The notes under the pieces: model-generated | What the model was told of the DNA's origin: nothing | The model's database searches: none | The model's input: only the letters and a program-made list of their open reading frames with translations | Program-made: the position numbers and the translations under genes | In this document: piece after piece, positions 40,649 to 51,169 of the stretch | Numbering within the stretch: position 1 is the first letter of the stretch | Layout of the letters: every line of letters begins with the position of its first letter | NCBI GenBank assembly: GCA_022729735.1 | Contig: DZAY01000011.1 | Location: 5,066 to 69,065, forward strand | Source of the DNA: Helicobacter cetorum | GTDB taxonomy: Bacteria; Campylobacterota; Campylobacteria; Campylobacterales; DZAY01 | Length of the DNA stretch: 64,000 nucleotides | Direction of reading: 5' to 3'

Positions 40649-42692
40649 ATTTTCTCTAATTCTCTCTCTCTCGTTTACTTTATTTTATGCACAAGAGTTA
40701 AATTCTGATATTACAGTTTATGCAAAAAACATTAAAAGTGATAGTTTAGATATAAATGCCACTGAAGATGTTTTAGTAATTGGAAACTCATCACTTATAA
40801 AAGCCAATAGTGCAACTTTTAATGTAACTAACTCTAATTTAATATTAGATGGCAATATTAATATATTTAAAGATACAAACATGTATCTTGCTTCACAAAA
40901 TTTAAAAGCAAATTTAGAGTGTAATGAACTCTATTTAAAACCATTTTTTGCAATTGATTCTACTAATAGTTTATGGATAAAAAGTGTTGAAGGAAATTTT
41001 AGTGAGAGTAGATATGATGTTAGCTCTTCACTACTTTCAAGTTGTTCTATTTCTAATCCTGATTGGAGTATAGCTTTTAAATCTGGAACATATTATGAAA
41101 AAGAGAAAAAGTTTGAACTCTATCATACAACTCTAAATTTAGGAAAAGTTCCAATACTTTATCTTCCATATTTTACTTTTTCTACAAATAAAGAGCGAAA
41201 AAGTGGGCTTTTAAGACCAATTGTTGGGATTTCTAATGATGAAGGAATTAACTATTCACAACCAATTTATATTGCACCAGCTAAAAATTTTGATATAGAA
41301 TTAGCTCCACAAGTTAGAACAAAAAGAGGCAAAGGACTTTACCAAGCTTTAAGATACAAAAACTCTCCTAACTCATATTTAGAGTTAAAAGGTGGATATT
41401 TCAAAGAAAATATAGAATATTTTGATAAATTCAATCTCAAAAATGATAAACATTATGGATATGAACTCTATTATATAAAAAATAATTTAATATCAAATAG
41501 AGTAGATTTTATTAAAAAAGATGGAATATATTTTGATGGAACATATTTAAATGATATAGAGTATTTAAATCTGAAAAATATTAGTAGTGAGCGAAATTCA
41601 AGAGATAATTTAGTAATTTCAAAACTTAACTATTACGGAAGAGATGATAAAAACTATATTGGTATGTATGGAAGATATTTTATTGATACTACAAAAGATA
41701 ACAATAGAGATACTCTCCAACAACTTCCTTCAATCCAATATCATAGATTTGGAGATAAACTTTTTTATGATAACATTCTTTATTATATAGATTTAAAATC
41801 ACAACGAAACTATCGAGAAGTTGGGTTAAATGCCAATCAATATGAGTTATCAATACCAATTTCTTACTACTTTTCTCTATTTTCTGATTACTTAAATGTT
41901 GGAGTTACAGAAAATTTATATTTATCAAAAATCAACTACTCAAATAGTGATATAAATATAAATGATGGACAATATATTAGAAATTATCACACAATTTCTC
42001 TCTTTAGTGATTTAGCAAAAAAATATGATAACTTTTTGCACTCAATTCTATTTGAAACAAACTATCTCATTCCAAGCTTCAATAATAAAAGAGGTGATTT
42101 TGCAGACTTTATAAATTTTAATAAACCAGATAGAAGTTTAGAATTTAAGATTTCTCAATACTTTTATAATTTAAATGGTGAAAATTTTTTAATTCATAGA
42201 TTAAGACAACCTATTAATTTCGAGAATAGAGGCTATGATGAGAGTTTAGAAAATGAATTAAGATTAATACTTACAGATGAAATAGAGCTTTATAATAGTC
42301 TTTTTTATTCTCACAAAGAGAGTAGAATTTCATCTTCAACCACAAAAATAGAGTATAATAACGACAATAATAAGCTTTTTGCAAGATATTTTTTCAAAGA
42401 TTTGCCACAAGATAGAGCAAGTTTTATCACTTTTGGAAATGAGTATAAGCTTGATAATCACACAATTTTTACAGAAGTTGATTATGATTATAATGGAGCA
42501 TTTTTTAAAAATTGGATGGTTGGAGTAGAAAAATCTAAAAAGTGTATCGAATATAGAATATCTTATAAAGAAGAGTTAGTTCCTACTTTAACTACAATTG
42601 GCTCTGGCTCAATTATGAATAAGATAATATATTTTGAGATAAATTTAATTCCTCTTGGTGGTTTTAAGCAAAAGTTTTATAAAAATGGTTAA
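40641..42692 (+). CDS. lptD: LPS assembly outer membrane protein LptD
   Basis: Signal peptide, an OstA-like N-terminal beta-jellyroll, and a large Y/N-rich beta-barrel; 683 aa. Confidence 0.7.
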   Translation: MFKFSLILSLSFTLFYAQELNSDITVYAKNIKSDSLDINATEDVLVIGNSSLIKANSATFNVTNSNLILDGNINIFKDTNMYLASQNLKANLECNELYLKPFFAIDSTNSLWIKSVEGNFSESRYDVSSSLLSSCSISNPDWSIAFKSGTYYEKEKKFELYHTTLNLGKVPILYLPYFTFSTNKERKSGLLRPIVGISNDEGINYSQPIYIAPAKNFDIELAPQVRTKRGKGLYQALRYKNSPNSYLELKGGYFKENIEYFDKFNLKNDKHYGYELYYIKNNLISNRVDFIKKDGIYFDGTYLNDIEYLNLKNISSERNSRDNLVISKLNYYGRDDKNYIGMYGRYFIDTTKDNNRDTLQQLPSIQYHRFGDKLFYDNILYYIDLKSQRNYREVGLNANQYELSIPISYYFSLFSDYLNVGVTENLYLSKINYSNSDININDGQYIRNYHTISLFSDLAKKYDNFLHSILFETNYLIPSFNNKRGDFADFINFNKPDRSLEFKISQYFYNLNGENFLIHRLRQPINFENRGYDESLENELRLILTDEIELYNSLFYSHKESRISSSTTKIEYNNDNNKLFARYFFKDLPQDRASFITFGNEYKLDNHTIFTEVDYDYNGAFFKNWMVGVEKSKKCIEYRISYKEELVPTLTTIGSGSIMNKIIYFEINLIPLGGFKQKFYKNG

Positions 42693-42707
42693 AAAAGGGA
42701 TACTTTT

Positions 42708-44183
42708 ATGAGAGTTGAAACGAAAGTTGGTATGTTTGTTATAGTTGGTATCAGTATGCTTTTTTTACTGACTACACAGGTTAATAAATTTCGTTTGTTT
42801 GAGCAAAAAAGTTATAAAATATATGGAAAGTTAGAAAGTGCTTCTGGAGTTGAGTTGAACTCAAAAGTTAAAATGAGTGGTGTAGATATTGGATATTTAG
42901 AAAAATTGGATTTAGATGGTATTTATGTAAAAGCTACATTAGCTATTTACGATGGGATAAAAGTTCCAACAAATAGCACTGTTTCTCTATCTCAAGATAG
43001 CTTATTAGGTGGTAAATTTATAGAAATAAAACCAAATAGAGAGTTGCAAACTCTTAGCTATTTAAATGAGTATGATGAAATTAGTAGCGATAAAGCTAAA
43101 GCTGGTTTTGATGATATGAGTAACTCAATTAATGAAGTTGCTCTTGAGCTAAGGGGATTTATTCAAGAATTAAGAACTACATTAGATGAAGAAGCTAGAA
43201 CAAATCTTAGAGATAGTTTATCAAATATAAAAATTGCTGCTCAAAATATCAGCAGTGCTGGAGAAAAGTTTGGAGCAATGTCTGATGAATTTAGCAAAAC
43301 TGCTCTGATTTTAAATAAAGAGATACCAATTTTAATGGATAAAGTATCTTTAACTTTAAATGAGTATAAAGTAGCAGGTGCTACAATTAACAATAAACTT
43401 CCACCACTAATGGATAGTATTTATGGGACTTCGGAAGAGTTTAAGCTCGTAGGTGAAAATATAAATTCAAAACTTCCAACAATTCTTACAAAATTTGAAA
43501 AAGTAGAAGATAATATAACCTCTTTAATAGATGGAAACACAAAAGAGTTAAATAGTGCTTTAGTTTCGATTGATAAGTTTTTTGAAAAAGGTGAAGATAC
43601 TGTTAAAAAAGTGGATAAATATCTTGATGCAGTTGGTAAAAGTGAAGTTGAGCTATCTTTGAGAAATGAGTATATGTTTAGAGATGATTATTCAAAAAGT
43701 TTTATAGGTGTAAATTACAAACCAAATCCAACAAAAGCTTATATGTTAGATGTTGGATTTGCGCCAAATTATGCAACACTTAATAGTATTGGTGAAGTAG
43801 TTGAGCCAACTCGTGGTGATGATGATGAAATTTTCATTTCGGCTCAATTTGCAAAAAGATATTATGATGTAGTTTTTAGAGGGGGATTGATTGAGAGTCG
43901 TGGTGGAGTTGGAATTGATTATTATATGCTTCATGATAAACTAAAATACTCTTTTGAAGTTTTTGATTTTTCATCTAAAAATGATTTAAGAGGAGAAAAT
44001 CCACAAGCAAAATTTAGTTTAAGATATACTCCATTAAAAAATATAGATACTTTTATAGGTTATAATAACTTTTTGAATTCACAAAGTTCATCACTATTTT
44101 TGGGTGCAGGACTTAGATTTGTAGATGATGATTTTAAACTACTTTTAGGAACAGTTGGAAGTAGTAGTTCATTTTTAAAATAG
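42708..44183 (+). CDS. MlaD/MCE-domain protein with a long helical and beta-rich C-terminal extension
   Basis: N-terminal TM helix plus an MCE domain (VKMSGVDIGYLEKLDL). Confidence 0.7.
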   Translation: MRVETKVGMFVIVGISMLFLLTTQVNKFRLFEQKSYKIYGKLESASGVELNSKVKMSGVDIGYLEKLDLDGIYVKATLAIYDGIKVPTNSTVSLSQDSLLGGKFIEIKPNRELQTLSYLNEYDEISSDKAKAGFDDMSNSINEVALELRGFIQELRTTLDEEARTNLRDSLSNIKIAAQNISSAGEKFGAMSDEFSKTALILNKEIPILMDKVSLTLNEYKVAGATINNKLPPLMDSIYGTSEEFKLVGENINSKLPTILTKFEKVEDNITSLIDGNTKELNSALVSIDKFFEKGEDTVKKVDKYLDAVGKSEVELSLRNEYMFRDDYSKSFIGVNYKPNPTKAYMLDVGFAPNYATLNSIGEVVEPTRGDDDEIFISAQFAKRYYDVVFRGGLIESRGGVGIDYYMLHDKLKYSFEVFDFSSKNDLRGENPQAKFSLRYTPLKNIDTFIGYNNFLNSQSSSLFLGAGLRFVDDDFKLLLGTVGSSSSFLK

Positions 44184-44192
44184 AGGTATCAA

Positions 44193-44888
44193 GTGGCAGA
44201 GGTTAGAAAACTATTTAAAGATAGAGATGATGCATTAAGAAGGGTTTTAGAAATAATTCCACAAAAAGAGATGTTAAGAGAGCCTTGGACAGTTTTGGCT
44301 ATTTCTGTAAATGGTGTATATTTTGCATCAAAAATTGCAAAATCTATAAATGCGGATTTAGAGTTACTCTTTACTGAACCGATTTCTGCTCCAAATAGTG
44401 AAGATTGTGCAATTGCTGTTGTAAGTGAAACTGAAGAGATTGTAATTCATAATGAATTAATAGAAGCTTTTGGAATAAATCTGGATTATATATATGGTGA
44501 AGCAAAGCGAAATTATGAAGAGAAAATTATTAAATATATATATAAATATAGAAAAGGTGATAAAATTCTAAATCTTAAAAATCGAAATGTATTACTTGTA
44601 GATGAAGGAATTGAAACGGGACTAACTGCTATGTGTGCAATAAAAAGTGTCATTAATATGGGTGCAAAAACTGTCTCAATAGCAGTTCCTACAATGCCTT
44701 TAGATGTGGTTGAAGTTTTTAACAATGTTTTAGATGATATATATTGTCCAGTAAAAATTGAAAATTTTGTAGAAACAAGATTTTATTATGAAGTTTTTGT
44801 AGAATCAGTTTTTAGTGATATTCAAAATCTATTGAGTGGATTTGTAAAAGATAAAGATAAATTAGTAAAGGAAAGAAATGTATCATAA
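44193..44888 (+). CDS. Phosphoribosyltransferase family protein
   Basis: PRPP motif VLLVDEGIETGLTA. Confidence 0.7.
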   Translation: MAEVRKLFKDRDDALRRVLEIIPQKEMLREPWTVLAISVNGVYFASKIAKSINADLELLFTEPISAPNSEDCAIAVVSETEEIVIHNELIEAFGINLDYIYGEAKRNYEEKIIKYIYKYRKGDKILNLKNRNVLLVDEGIETGLTAMCAIKSVINMGAKTVSIAVPTMPLDVVEVFNNVLDDIYCPVKIENFVETRFYYEVFVESVFSDIQNLLSGFVKDKDKLVKERNVS

Positions 44889-47067
44889 GTTTGAGTTTGA
44901 TGTTAATAATAATTTTGAGATATATGAGAGTGGCAAAATTGCAAAACAGTGTAATGGTTCGGCACTTCTTAGAGTTGGAAATAGTGTAATTTTGGCAACT
45001 ATTACAGTTGATTATGATAGTGTGGCAGATGAAGATTTTTTGCCTCTAACTGTGCAATATATAGAAAAAGCATATTCAGCTTCTAAATTTCCAGCAGGAT
45101 TTGTAAAGCGAGAAGGAAAACCAAGTGATTTTGAAACTTTAACTTCAAGAATAGTTGATAGAAGTATTCGACCACTTTTTCCAAAAAGTTACAAACATCC
45201 AACACAAGTTACAATATTAGTTTTAAGTGTAGATAACAAATCAGATTTACCACTTTTAGCTCTAAATGCAACTTCAGCTGCAATTATGTTTTCAGATTTA
45301 CCATTTAAGAGTGCAATTTGTGGAGTTAGAGGTGCGAAAATAGAAAATCAAATAGTTATAAATCCAACTTATGAAGATTTGAAAAAAAGCACACTTGATT
45401 TGTTTGTAGCAGGAACAAAAGAACAACTTTTAATGATTGAAATGAGAACAGTTTCATCTACTGATTTAATTCCACAACCAATTTCGCTTGACCCAATCAT
45501 TGAGCCAATGAGTAGCGAATTTATAAAAGCTCACAACTCAAATAGTATGCCAGAAGATGAGTTTATAGAAATTTTAGAAATAACTTCACTTAGTATCAAA
45601 AAAGCTACAACTCTTTATGAAGAAAGCTTTTTAAAAGTTAAAAAAACTCCTATAGAGCTTCAGATAAAAGAGAGTGGTATAAATTTAGATATTTATAATT
45701 TTATAAAAGATGGTTATATTGATGAGTTAAAATTTGCTATATCTCAAATGGCAAGAAGTGAGCGACATAGTGAGTTAAAAGCTTTGGCAGATAAAATTTT
45801 TAATAAACTTACAGATGTATCACTTGATGATGTAAAATTGGCTTTGGAAAAGGTTAAAAAAGAGCTTGTTAGAAGTATGATTTTAGCAGAAAATAGAAGG
45901 GCTGATGGAAGAAATTTAAGTGAGCTTAGAAAAATAGAGATTGAAAGTAATATTTTACCAAGCACACACGGTTCAATTTTATTTACAAGAGGACAAACAC
46001 AAGCACTTGTTGTAGCAACTATTGGTTCATCTCAAGATGCACAAACTTATGATTTGCTTACAGATAAAAGCTCATTAAGTGAAAAATTTATGGTGCATTA
46101 TAATTTTCCAGGATTTTCAGTTGGTGAAGTTTCAAAAATTGGACCAGCAGGAAGAAGAGAATTAGGGCATGGAAATTTAGCAAAAAGAGCAATTGAGCCA
46201 ACTATTGATAAAGATTTTGATTCTACAATTAGAGTTGTATCAGAAATTTTAGAATCAAATGGCTCTTCTTCAATGGCAACAGTTTGTGGTGGTTCTTTGG
46301 TTTTAAAAGCTTGTGGAATTCCAACAAGTGAGCTTGTTGCAGGAATTGCTATGGGATTAGTTATAGAAAATGGAAAATATGCTATTTTAAGTGATATTAC
46401 AGGTTTAGAAGACCATGACGGAGATATGGATTTTAAAGTTGCAGGAACAAAAGATGGAATAACTGCTCTTCAAATGGATATAAAAGTTTCAGGACTTGAT
46501 TTAAGAGTTTTAAAAGAAGCACTATATCAAGCAAAAGATGGAAGAGTTAAAATTTTAAATATCATGGAAGAAGCAGAAAAAGAGATTAAAATTAATGAAT
46601 CAATTCTTCCAAGCTCACACACATTTGCTGTTCATCCATCTAAAATTGTAGATATTATAGGACAAGCTGGAAAAACTATAAAAGAGATTATTGAGCGATT
46701 TGGAGTAGCCATTGATTTAGATAGAGATAAAGGAAATGTGAAAATTGTTGGCGGAAACAAAGACAATGTAAAAGCTGCTATGGAGCATATTAAAACTATT
46801 ACAAAATCAAACTCTTCCGAACCAGCTGTAAATTTATTAGAGTTGTATAAAGCTGGTGAAGTTTTTAGAGGAAAAGTCAAAAAAGTTGTAGATTTTGGAG
46901 CATTTGTAGAACTTCCAAGAGGACAAGATGGATTATTACATGTTTCAAAACTTTCAAATAAACGGGTAAGTGATGTGAGAGAACTTATAAAAGAGGGTGA
47001 GGAGATAGATGTAGAAGTTTTATCAGTTAGTAAAAATAGAGTAGAACTTGCAAAAGTAGAAGGTTAG
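44878..47067 (+). CDS. pnp: Polyribonucleotide nucleotidyltransferase (PNPase)
   Basis: Two RNase PH domains, a KH domain (GKTIKEI) and an S1 domain (GKVKKVVDFGAFVEL). Confidence 0.95.
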   Translation: MYHKFEFDVNNNFEIYESGKIAKQCNGSALLRVGNSVILATITVDYDSVADEDFLPLTVQYIEKAYSASKFPAGFVKREGKPSDFETLTSRIVDRSIRPLFPKSYKHPTQVTILVLSVDNKSDLPLLALNATSAAIMFSDLPFKSAICGVRGAKIENQIVINPTYEDLKKSTLDLFVAGTKEQLLMIEMRTVSSTDLIPQPISLDPIIEPMSSEFIKAHNSNSMPEDEFIEILEITSLSIKKATTLYEESFLKVKKTPIELQIKESGINLDIYNFIKDGYIDELKFAISQMARSERHSELKALADKIFNKLTDVSLDDVKLALEKVKKELVRSMILAENRRADGRNLSELRKIEIESNILPSTHGSILFTRGQTQALVVATIGSSQDAQTYDLLTDKSSLSEKFMVHYNFPGFSVGEVSKIGPAGRRELGHGNLAKRAIEPTIDKDFDSTIRVVSEILESNGSSSMATVCGGSLVLKACGIPTSELVAGIAMGLVIENGKYAILSDITGLEDHDGDMDFKVAGTKDGITALQMDIKVSGLDLRVLKEALYQAKDGRVKILNIMEEAEKEIKINESILPSSHTFAVHPSKIVDIIGQAGKTIKEIIERFGVAIDLDRDKGNVKIVGGNKDNVKAAMEHIKTITKSNSSEPAVNLLELYKAGEVFRGKVKKVVDFGAFVELPRGQDGLLHVSKLSNKRVSDVRELIKEGEEIDVEVLSVSKNRVELAKVEG

Positions 47068-47069
47068 AA

Positions 47070-47861
47070 ATGATAAAAGTCGCACTCTCAAACACTATAT
47101 CTAAATGTTTTGGAAAATTTGCAAATAAGCAGTTTCCAAAACCAATTCAAAAATTAATAAACAATCTATATGTGAAACTTTTGGGACTTGATATGAGTGA
47201 ATTTAAATGGGCAGATGAGTATAATAGCTTAAATGCTCTATTTACAAGAGAGTTGGTTAGAAATAGAGTTTTAGCCAATGGATTTATTTCTCCAACAGAT
47301 TCTATTATTACCGAATATGGAGTAATTGAAAATTTAAGAGCTTATCAGATAAAAGGCAAAAGTTATTCATTAGAAAAACTGCTCCAAAATATTTCAAAAG
47401 AAAATCTTGAAAAATTAGAAGGTGGAAATTTTATCAACTTTTATTTATCGCCAAAAGATTATCATAGATATCACTCAATTTATGATTTGCAAGTTTTAAA
47501 AGTTATCCATATTCCAGCTAAACTATATCCTGTAAATATTCCATTTTTAAACTATAAAAATGAGCTGTTTTGTGAAAATGAACGAGTTATATTGGAATGC
47601 AAACTCTTTGAAAAAATGGTTTATATTGTGTTAGTTGGAGCTTTAAATGTGGGTTCTATGAGTTTAGTATTTGAGCCAAAAGTATCAACAAATGATATAA
47701 GAGAAGTTCAAATTTTTGAGTATGAAAACCTATTTTTAAAAAAAGGTGAGTTAATTGGATATTTCAAAATGGGTTCAACTGTCTTAATATTTTCAGAAAA
47801 AGATTTAATTAATATCCAAATTAAAGATAAAAAAATAAAATTTGGAGAAAGTATTGGTTGA
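47070..47861 (+). CDS. psd: Phosphatidylserine decarboxylase proenzyme
   Basis: YHRYH motif and the self-cleavage site FKMGSTV. Confidence 0.9.
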   Translation: MIKVALSNTISKCFGKFANKQFPKPIQKLINNLYVKLLGLDMSEFKWADEYNSLNALFTRELVRNRVLANGFISPTDSIITEYGVIENLRAYQIKGKSYSLEKLLQNISKENLEKLEGGNFINFYLSPKDYHRYHSIYDLQVLKVIHIPAKLYPVNIPFLNYKNELFCENERVILECKLFEKMVYIVLVGALNVGSMSLVFEPKVSTNDIREVQIFEYENLFLKKGELIGYFKMGSTVLIFSEKDLINIQIKDKKIKFGESIG

Positions 47862-47920
47862 TTTAAAGCTTGTTTTAAAGCCTTATATTTTTATAACTGA
47901 TAGATACTTTTTGGGAATAT

Positions 47921-48958
47921 ATGTTTAATAGCAAAAATAAATCAATTTTATTAACAGGCTGTGCAGGTTTTATTGGAAGTAATTTTGTACCATATTTTTT
48001 AGAAAAATATGAAAATTATAATTTAATTAATTTAGATTTACTAACTTATGCGGGAAATTTAGAAAACTTAAAAGAGGTAGCAAATCATATACGATATAAG
48101 TTTATAAAAGGTGATATTTGCAATCGTGAATTAGTTGAGTTTATATTTCATGAATTTGACATAAGAGGTGTTATTAATTTTGCTGCAGAAAGCCATGTTG
48201 ATAACTCTATAAAAAATCCAGAAAGTTTTATAAAAACCAATGTAAATGGAACTTTTACTTTAGTTGATGTAGCTTATAAAAAATGGATGGAAAAGCCATT
48301 TATTTATAAAGAGAAATATCAAAATTGTCGCTTTCATCATATTTCAACAGATGAAGTTTATGGTTCATTAAGCGATAACCCAAACGAACTATTTACTGAA
48401 AAAACTCCATATGCTCCAAACTCACCATATAGTTCATCTAAAGCAAGTAGTGATATGATTATCAGAGCATATCATGAGACTTATGGATTAAATACAATTA
48501 TAACAAATTGTAGTAATAATTATGGAGCAAAACAGCATGATGAAAAATTAATACCTACAATTATTAGAAATGCTTTATTGGGAAATCCTATTCCAATTTA
48601 TGGAGATGGCAAAAATATTAGAGACTGGCTTTATGTCTTAGACCATTGCAAAGGAATTGATTTAGTCTATCACAATGGTAAAAATGGTGAAACTTATAAT
48701 ATTGGTGGCAGAAACGAGCGAACAAATCTGCAAATAGTGAATACAATTTGTGAAATCTTAGATAAAATTATACCAAAAGAAAAAAGCTATAAAGAGTTAA
48801 TAACATTTGTTGAAGATAGAGCAGGACATGACAAGCGATATGCAATAGATGCTACTAAAATAGAAAGTGAGCTTGGCTGGAGGGCAGATGAAAACTTCAA
48901 TACAGGAATAATTAAGACTATTAAGTGGTATTTGAATAAATATAAAGGCAGTATATGA
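47921..48958 (+). CDS. rfbB: dTDP-glucose 4,6-dehydratase
   Basis: TGCAGFIGSNF, TDEVYG and YSSSKASSD motifs; 345 aa. Confidence 0.9.
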   Translation: MFNSKNKSILLTGCAGFIGSNFVPYFLEKYENYNLINLDLLTYAGNLENLKEVANHIRYKFIKGDICNRELVEFIFHEFDIRGVINFAAESHVDNSIKNPESFIKTNVNGTFTLVDVAYKKWMEKPFIYKEKYQNCRFHHISTDEVYGSLSDNPNELFTEKTPYAPNSPYSSSKASSDMIIRAYHETYGLNTIITNCSNNYGAKQHDEKLIPTIIRNALLGNPIPIYGDGKNIRDWLYVLDHCKGIDLVYHNGKNGETYNIGGRNERTNLQIVNTICEILDKIIPKEKSYKELITFVEDRAGHDKRYAIDATKIESELGWRADENFNTGIIKTIKWYLNKYKGSI

Positions 48959-50088
48959 TACCGTTTCACAAACCATATTTGAAAAATATTGAATTTAATT
49001 ACTTACAAAAAGCAATAAAAAATTTAAAACTATCTGGTGATGGTGACTTTACAATTGAATGTCATAAATGGCTAAAAGAATATACAAAAACTAATAAAGT
49101 TTTACTAACTACATCTTGCACACATGCTCTTGAAATGAGTGCAATATTAACTAATATACAATATGGCGATGAGGTTATCATGCCAAGTTTCACATTTGTA
49201 TCTACTGCAAATGCATTTGTGCTTCGAGGTGCTAAAATAATTTTTGTAGATATTAGAGCTGACACTATGAATATTGATGAAAATAAAATAGAACAAGCCA
49301 TCACTTCAAAAACTAAAGCTATAGTTCCAGTTCATTATGCTGGAGTTAGTTGTGAGATGGATACAATAATGTCTATAGCGAATAAATATAATCTTTTTGT
49401 AATAGAAGATGCAGCACAAGCCATATCTTCAACTTATAAAAATAGACATTTAGGAACAATAGGGAATTTAGGAACTTATAGTTTTCATGATACAAAAAAT
49501 ATAACTTGTGGTGAAGGTGGTGTATTATTAATAAATGATAATAGTTTTACTGAAAGAGCTGAAATTATAAGAGAAAAAGGAACAAATCGAAGTCAATTTT
49601 TTAGAGGACAAGTAGATAAATATAGTTGGCAGGATATAGGAAGTAGTTATCTACCAAGTGAGCTTAATGCCGCAATTTTATTAGCTCAATTAGAAAAATT
49701 AAATGATATTCAAGCAAAAAGATTATTTATTTGGAATAGATATTTTGAACTTCTTTTGCCATTGCAAACTAGAAATTTATTGGAGTTGCCATATATACCT
49801 AATGAATGTAATCATAATGCACACATTTTTTATTTGAAAGTAAAAGATTTAGAAACAAGAGGGAAATTAATTGAATATTTAAAACAACATAATATTTTGT
49901 CTGTTTTTCATTATGTACCTCTTCATCGCAGTGAGGCTGGAGCAAAATTTGGTAGATTTATTGGTGAAGATAAATATACTACAAAAGAGAGTGAGAGATT
50001 ATTGAGATTACCTCTATTTTTCGAGCTTGAGATGAAAGATATTGAGTATATTTGTGAAAAAATATACTCTTTTTTTAACTTAAAATAA
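48955..50088 (+). CDS. wecE: dTDP-4-amino-4,6-dideoxyhexose aminotransferase (WecE/RffA-like, DegT family)
   Basis: From memory, it is colinear with E. coli WecE: MIPF..., EVIMPSFTFVSTANAFVLRGAKI.FVD, REKGTNRSQFFRGQVDKY.W.DIGSSY and TTKESERLLRLPLF. Confidence 0.85.
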   Translation: MIPFHKPYLKNIEFNYLQKAIKNLKLSGDGDFTIECHKWLKEYTKTNKVLLTTSCTHALEMSAILTNIQYGDEVIMPSFTFVSTANAFVLRGAKIIFVDIRADTMNIDENKIEQAITSKTKAIVPVHYAGVSCEMDTIMSIANKYNLFVIEDAAQAISSTYKNRHLGTIGNLGTYSFHDTKNITCGEGGVLLINDNSFTERAEIIREKGTNRSQFFRGQVDKYSWQDIGSSYLPSELNAAILLAQLEKLNDIQAKRLFIWNRYFELLLPLQTRNLLELPYIPNECNHNAHIFYLKVKDLETRGKLIEYLKQHNILSVFHYVPLHRSEAGAKFGRFIGEDKYTTKESERLLRLPLFFELEMKDIEYICEKIYSFFNLK

Positions 50089-50121
50089 AATTATAGTAAT
50101 AGAAGAGTTAAGACTATATTT

Positions 50122-50244
50122 AATGTATTAGATTTTTTAAGACAATATAAAACTGAATTTTCATAGAACTATGGAGTTCAAAAAATATCACTATTTGGAA
50201 GTTATACTAAAGATACAGTTTATGACATGATCATATTAATATAG
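50122..50244 (+). pseudogene. Decayed relic of a MntA-type nucleotidyltransferase (antitoxin-like) gene
   Basis: The frame reads NVLDFLRQYKTEFS*NYGVQKISLFGSYTKDTVYDMIILI*. This resembles the N-terminus of minimal nucleotidyltransferases (..KYGVKKIxLFGSYARG..DIDILV). There is no start codon, there is an internal stop, and it is truncated. Confidence 0.45.
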
Positions 50245-50468
50245 CAAGTCTAAAAAAATTTTATTAAATATTATTTTAAAAAAGTGTATAAAAAGATATT
50301 TTTAAAATTCACTTTATATTAATTATTTTGATAGTTTTAGAGATTGTTATAAACAAAAAATAGAAAGAGTGCTTATTTGTTTTCTAAAAAGAGTAAGAAT
50401 TTATTATAGTTTATTGTTGATATTAGTAAACCATAATCATATAAAATATTTAACTAAAAGGATTTAAT

Positions 50469-51164
50469 ATGAAAAAAATAGCAATCTTGCAATCTAATTA
50501 TATCCCTTGGAAGGGATATTTTGATTTAATTAATATTGTAGATGAATTTATTATATATGATGATATGCAATATACTAAAAATGATTGGCGAAACAGAAAT
50601 AAGATAAAAACTCAACATGGTGTTCAATGGCTGACTATTCCAATAAAACAAGATAGTTTAGAACAAAAAATTAAAGATACAAAAGTAGCCGATGAATTAT
50701 GGCATAAAAAACATTGGAAAACTATACAACAAAATTATATGAATGCTAAATATTTTAAAGAGTATAGAGAATTGTTTGAGAATATATACTTAAATAATAA
50801 TAGTGAATTTTTAACAGATATAAATTATAAATTTATTCTAAATATAAACAAATTATTAAATATAAATACAAAAATATCATTTTCTTGGGATTATAACTTG
50901 ATTAGTGGCAAAACCGAAAGATTAATAGATTTATGCAAACAGACCAAAGCGAGTGAATACATATCTGGACCTTCTGCTAAAAGTTATATTGATGAAAAAT
51001 TATTTATTGAGAATAATATAAAATTAAGTTGGATAGATTACAGTGGTTATAAAGAGTATAATCAACTATATCCACCATTTGAACATGGAGTTAGTATATT
51101 AGATTTGATATTTAATGAAGGTTCTGATAGCATTTTATCAATGAAAAGTTTTAGAGAGGAATAA
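50469..51164 (+). CDS. WbqC-like family protein
   Basis: N-terminus MKKIAILQSNYIPWKGYFDLI with the size and pattern I associate with the WbqC-like family (PF08889). AAAAGGA lies upstream of the ATG. Confidence 0.65.
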   Translation: MKKIAILQSNYIPWKGYFDLINIVDEFIIYDDMQYTKNDWRNRNKIKTQHGVQWLTIPIKQDSLEQKIKDTKVADELWHKKHWKTIQQNYMNAKYFKEYRELFENIYLNNNSEFLTDINYKFILNINKLLNINTKISFSWDYNLISGKTERLIDLCKQTKASEYISGPSAKSYIDEKLFIENNIKLSWIDYSGYKEYNQLYPPFEHGVSILDLIFNEGSDSILSMKSFREE

Positions 51165-51169
51165 AATAA

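Noticed and set aside
50251-50468. AT-rich repetitive-looking stretch as a possible CRISPR array or minisatellite
   Set aside because: There are no regularly spaced direct repeats of 20-40 nt. It contains only short A/T words and weak 6-bp inverted repeats, consistent with a promoter region.
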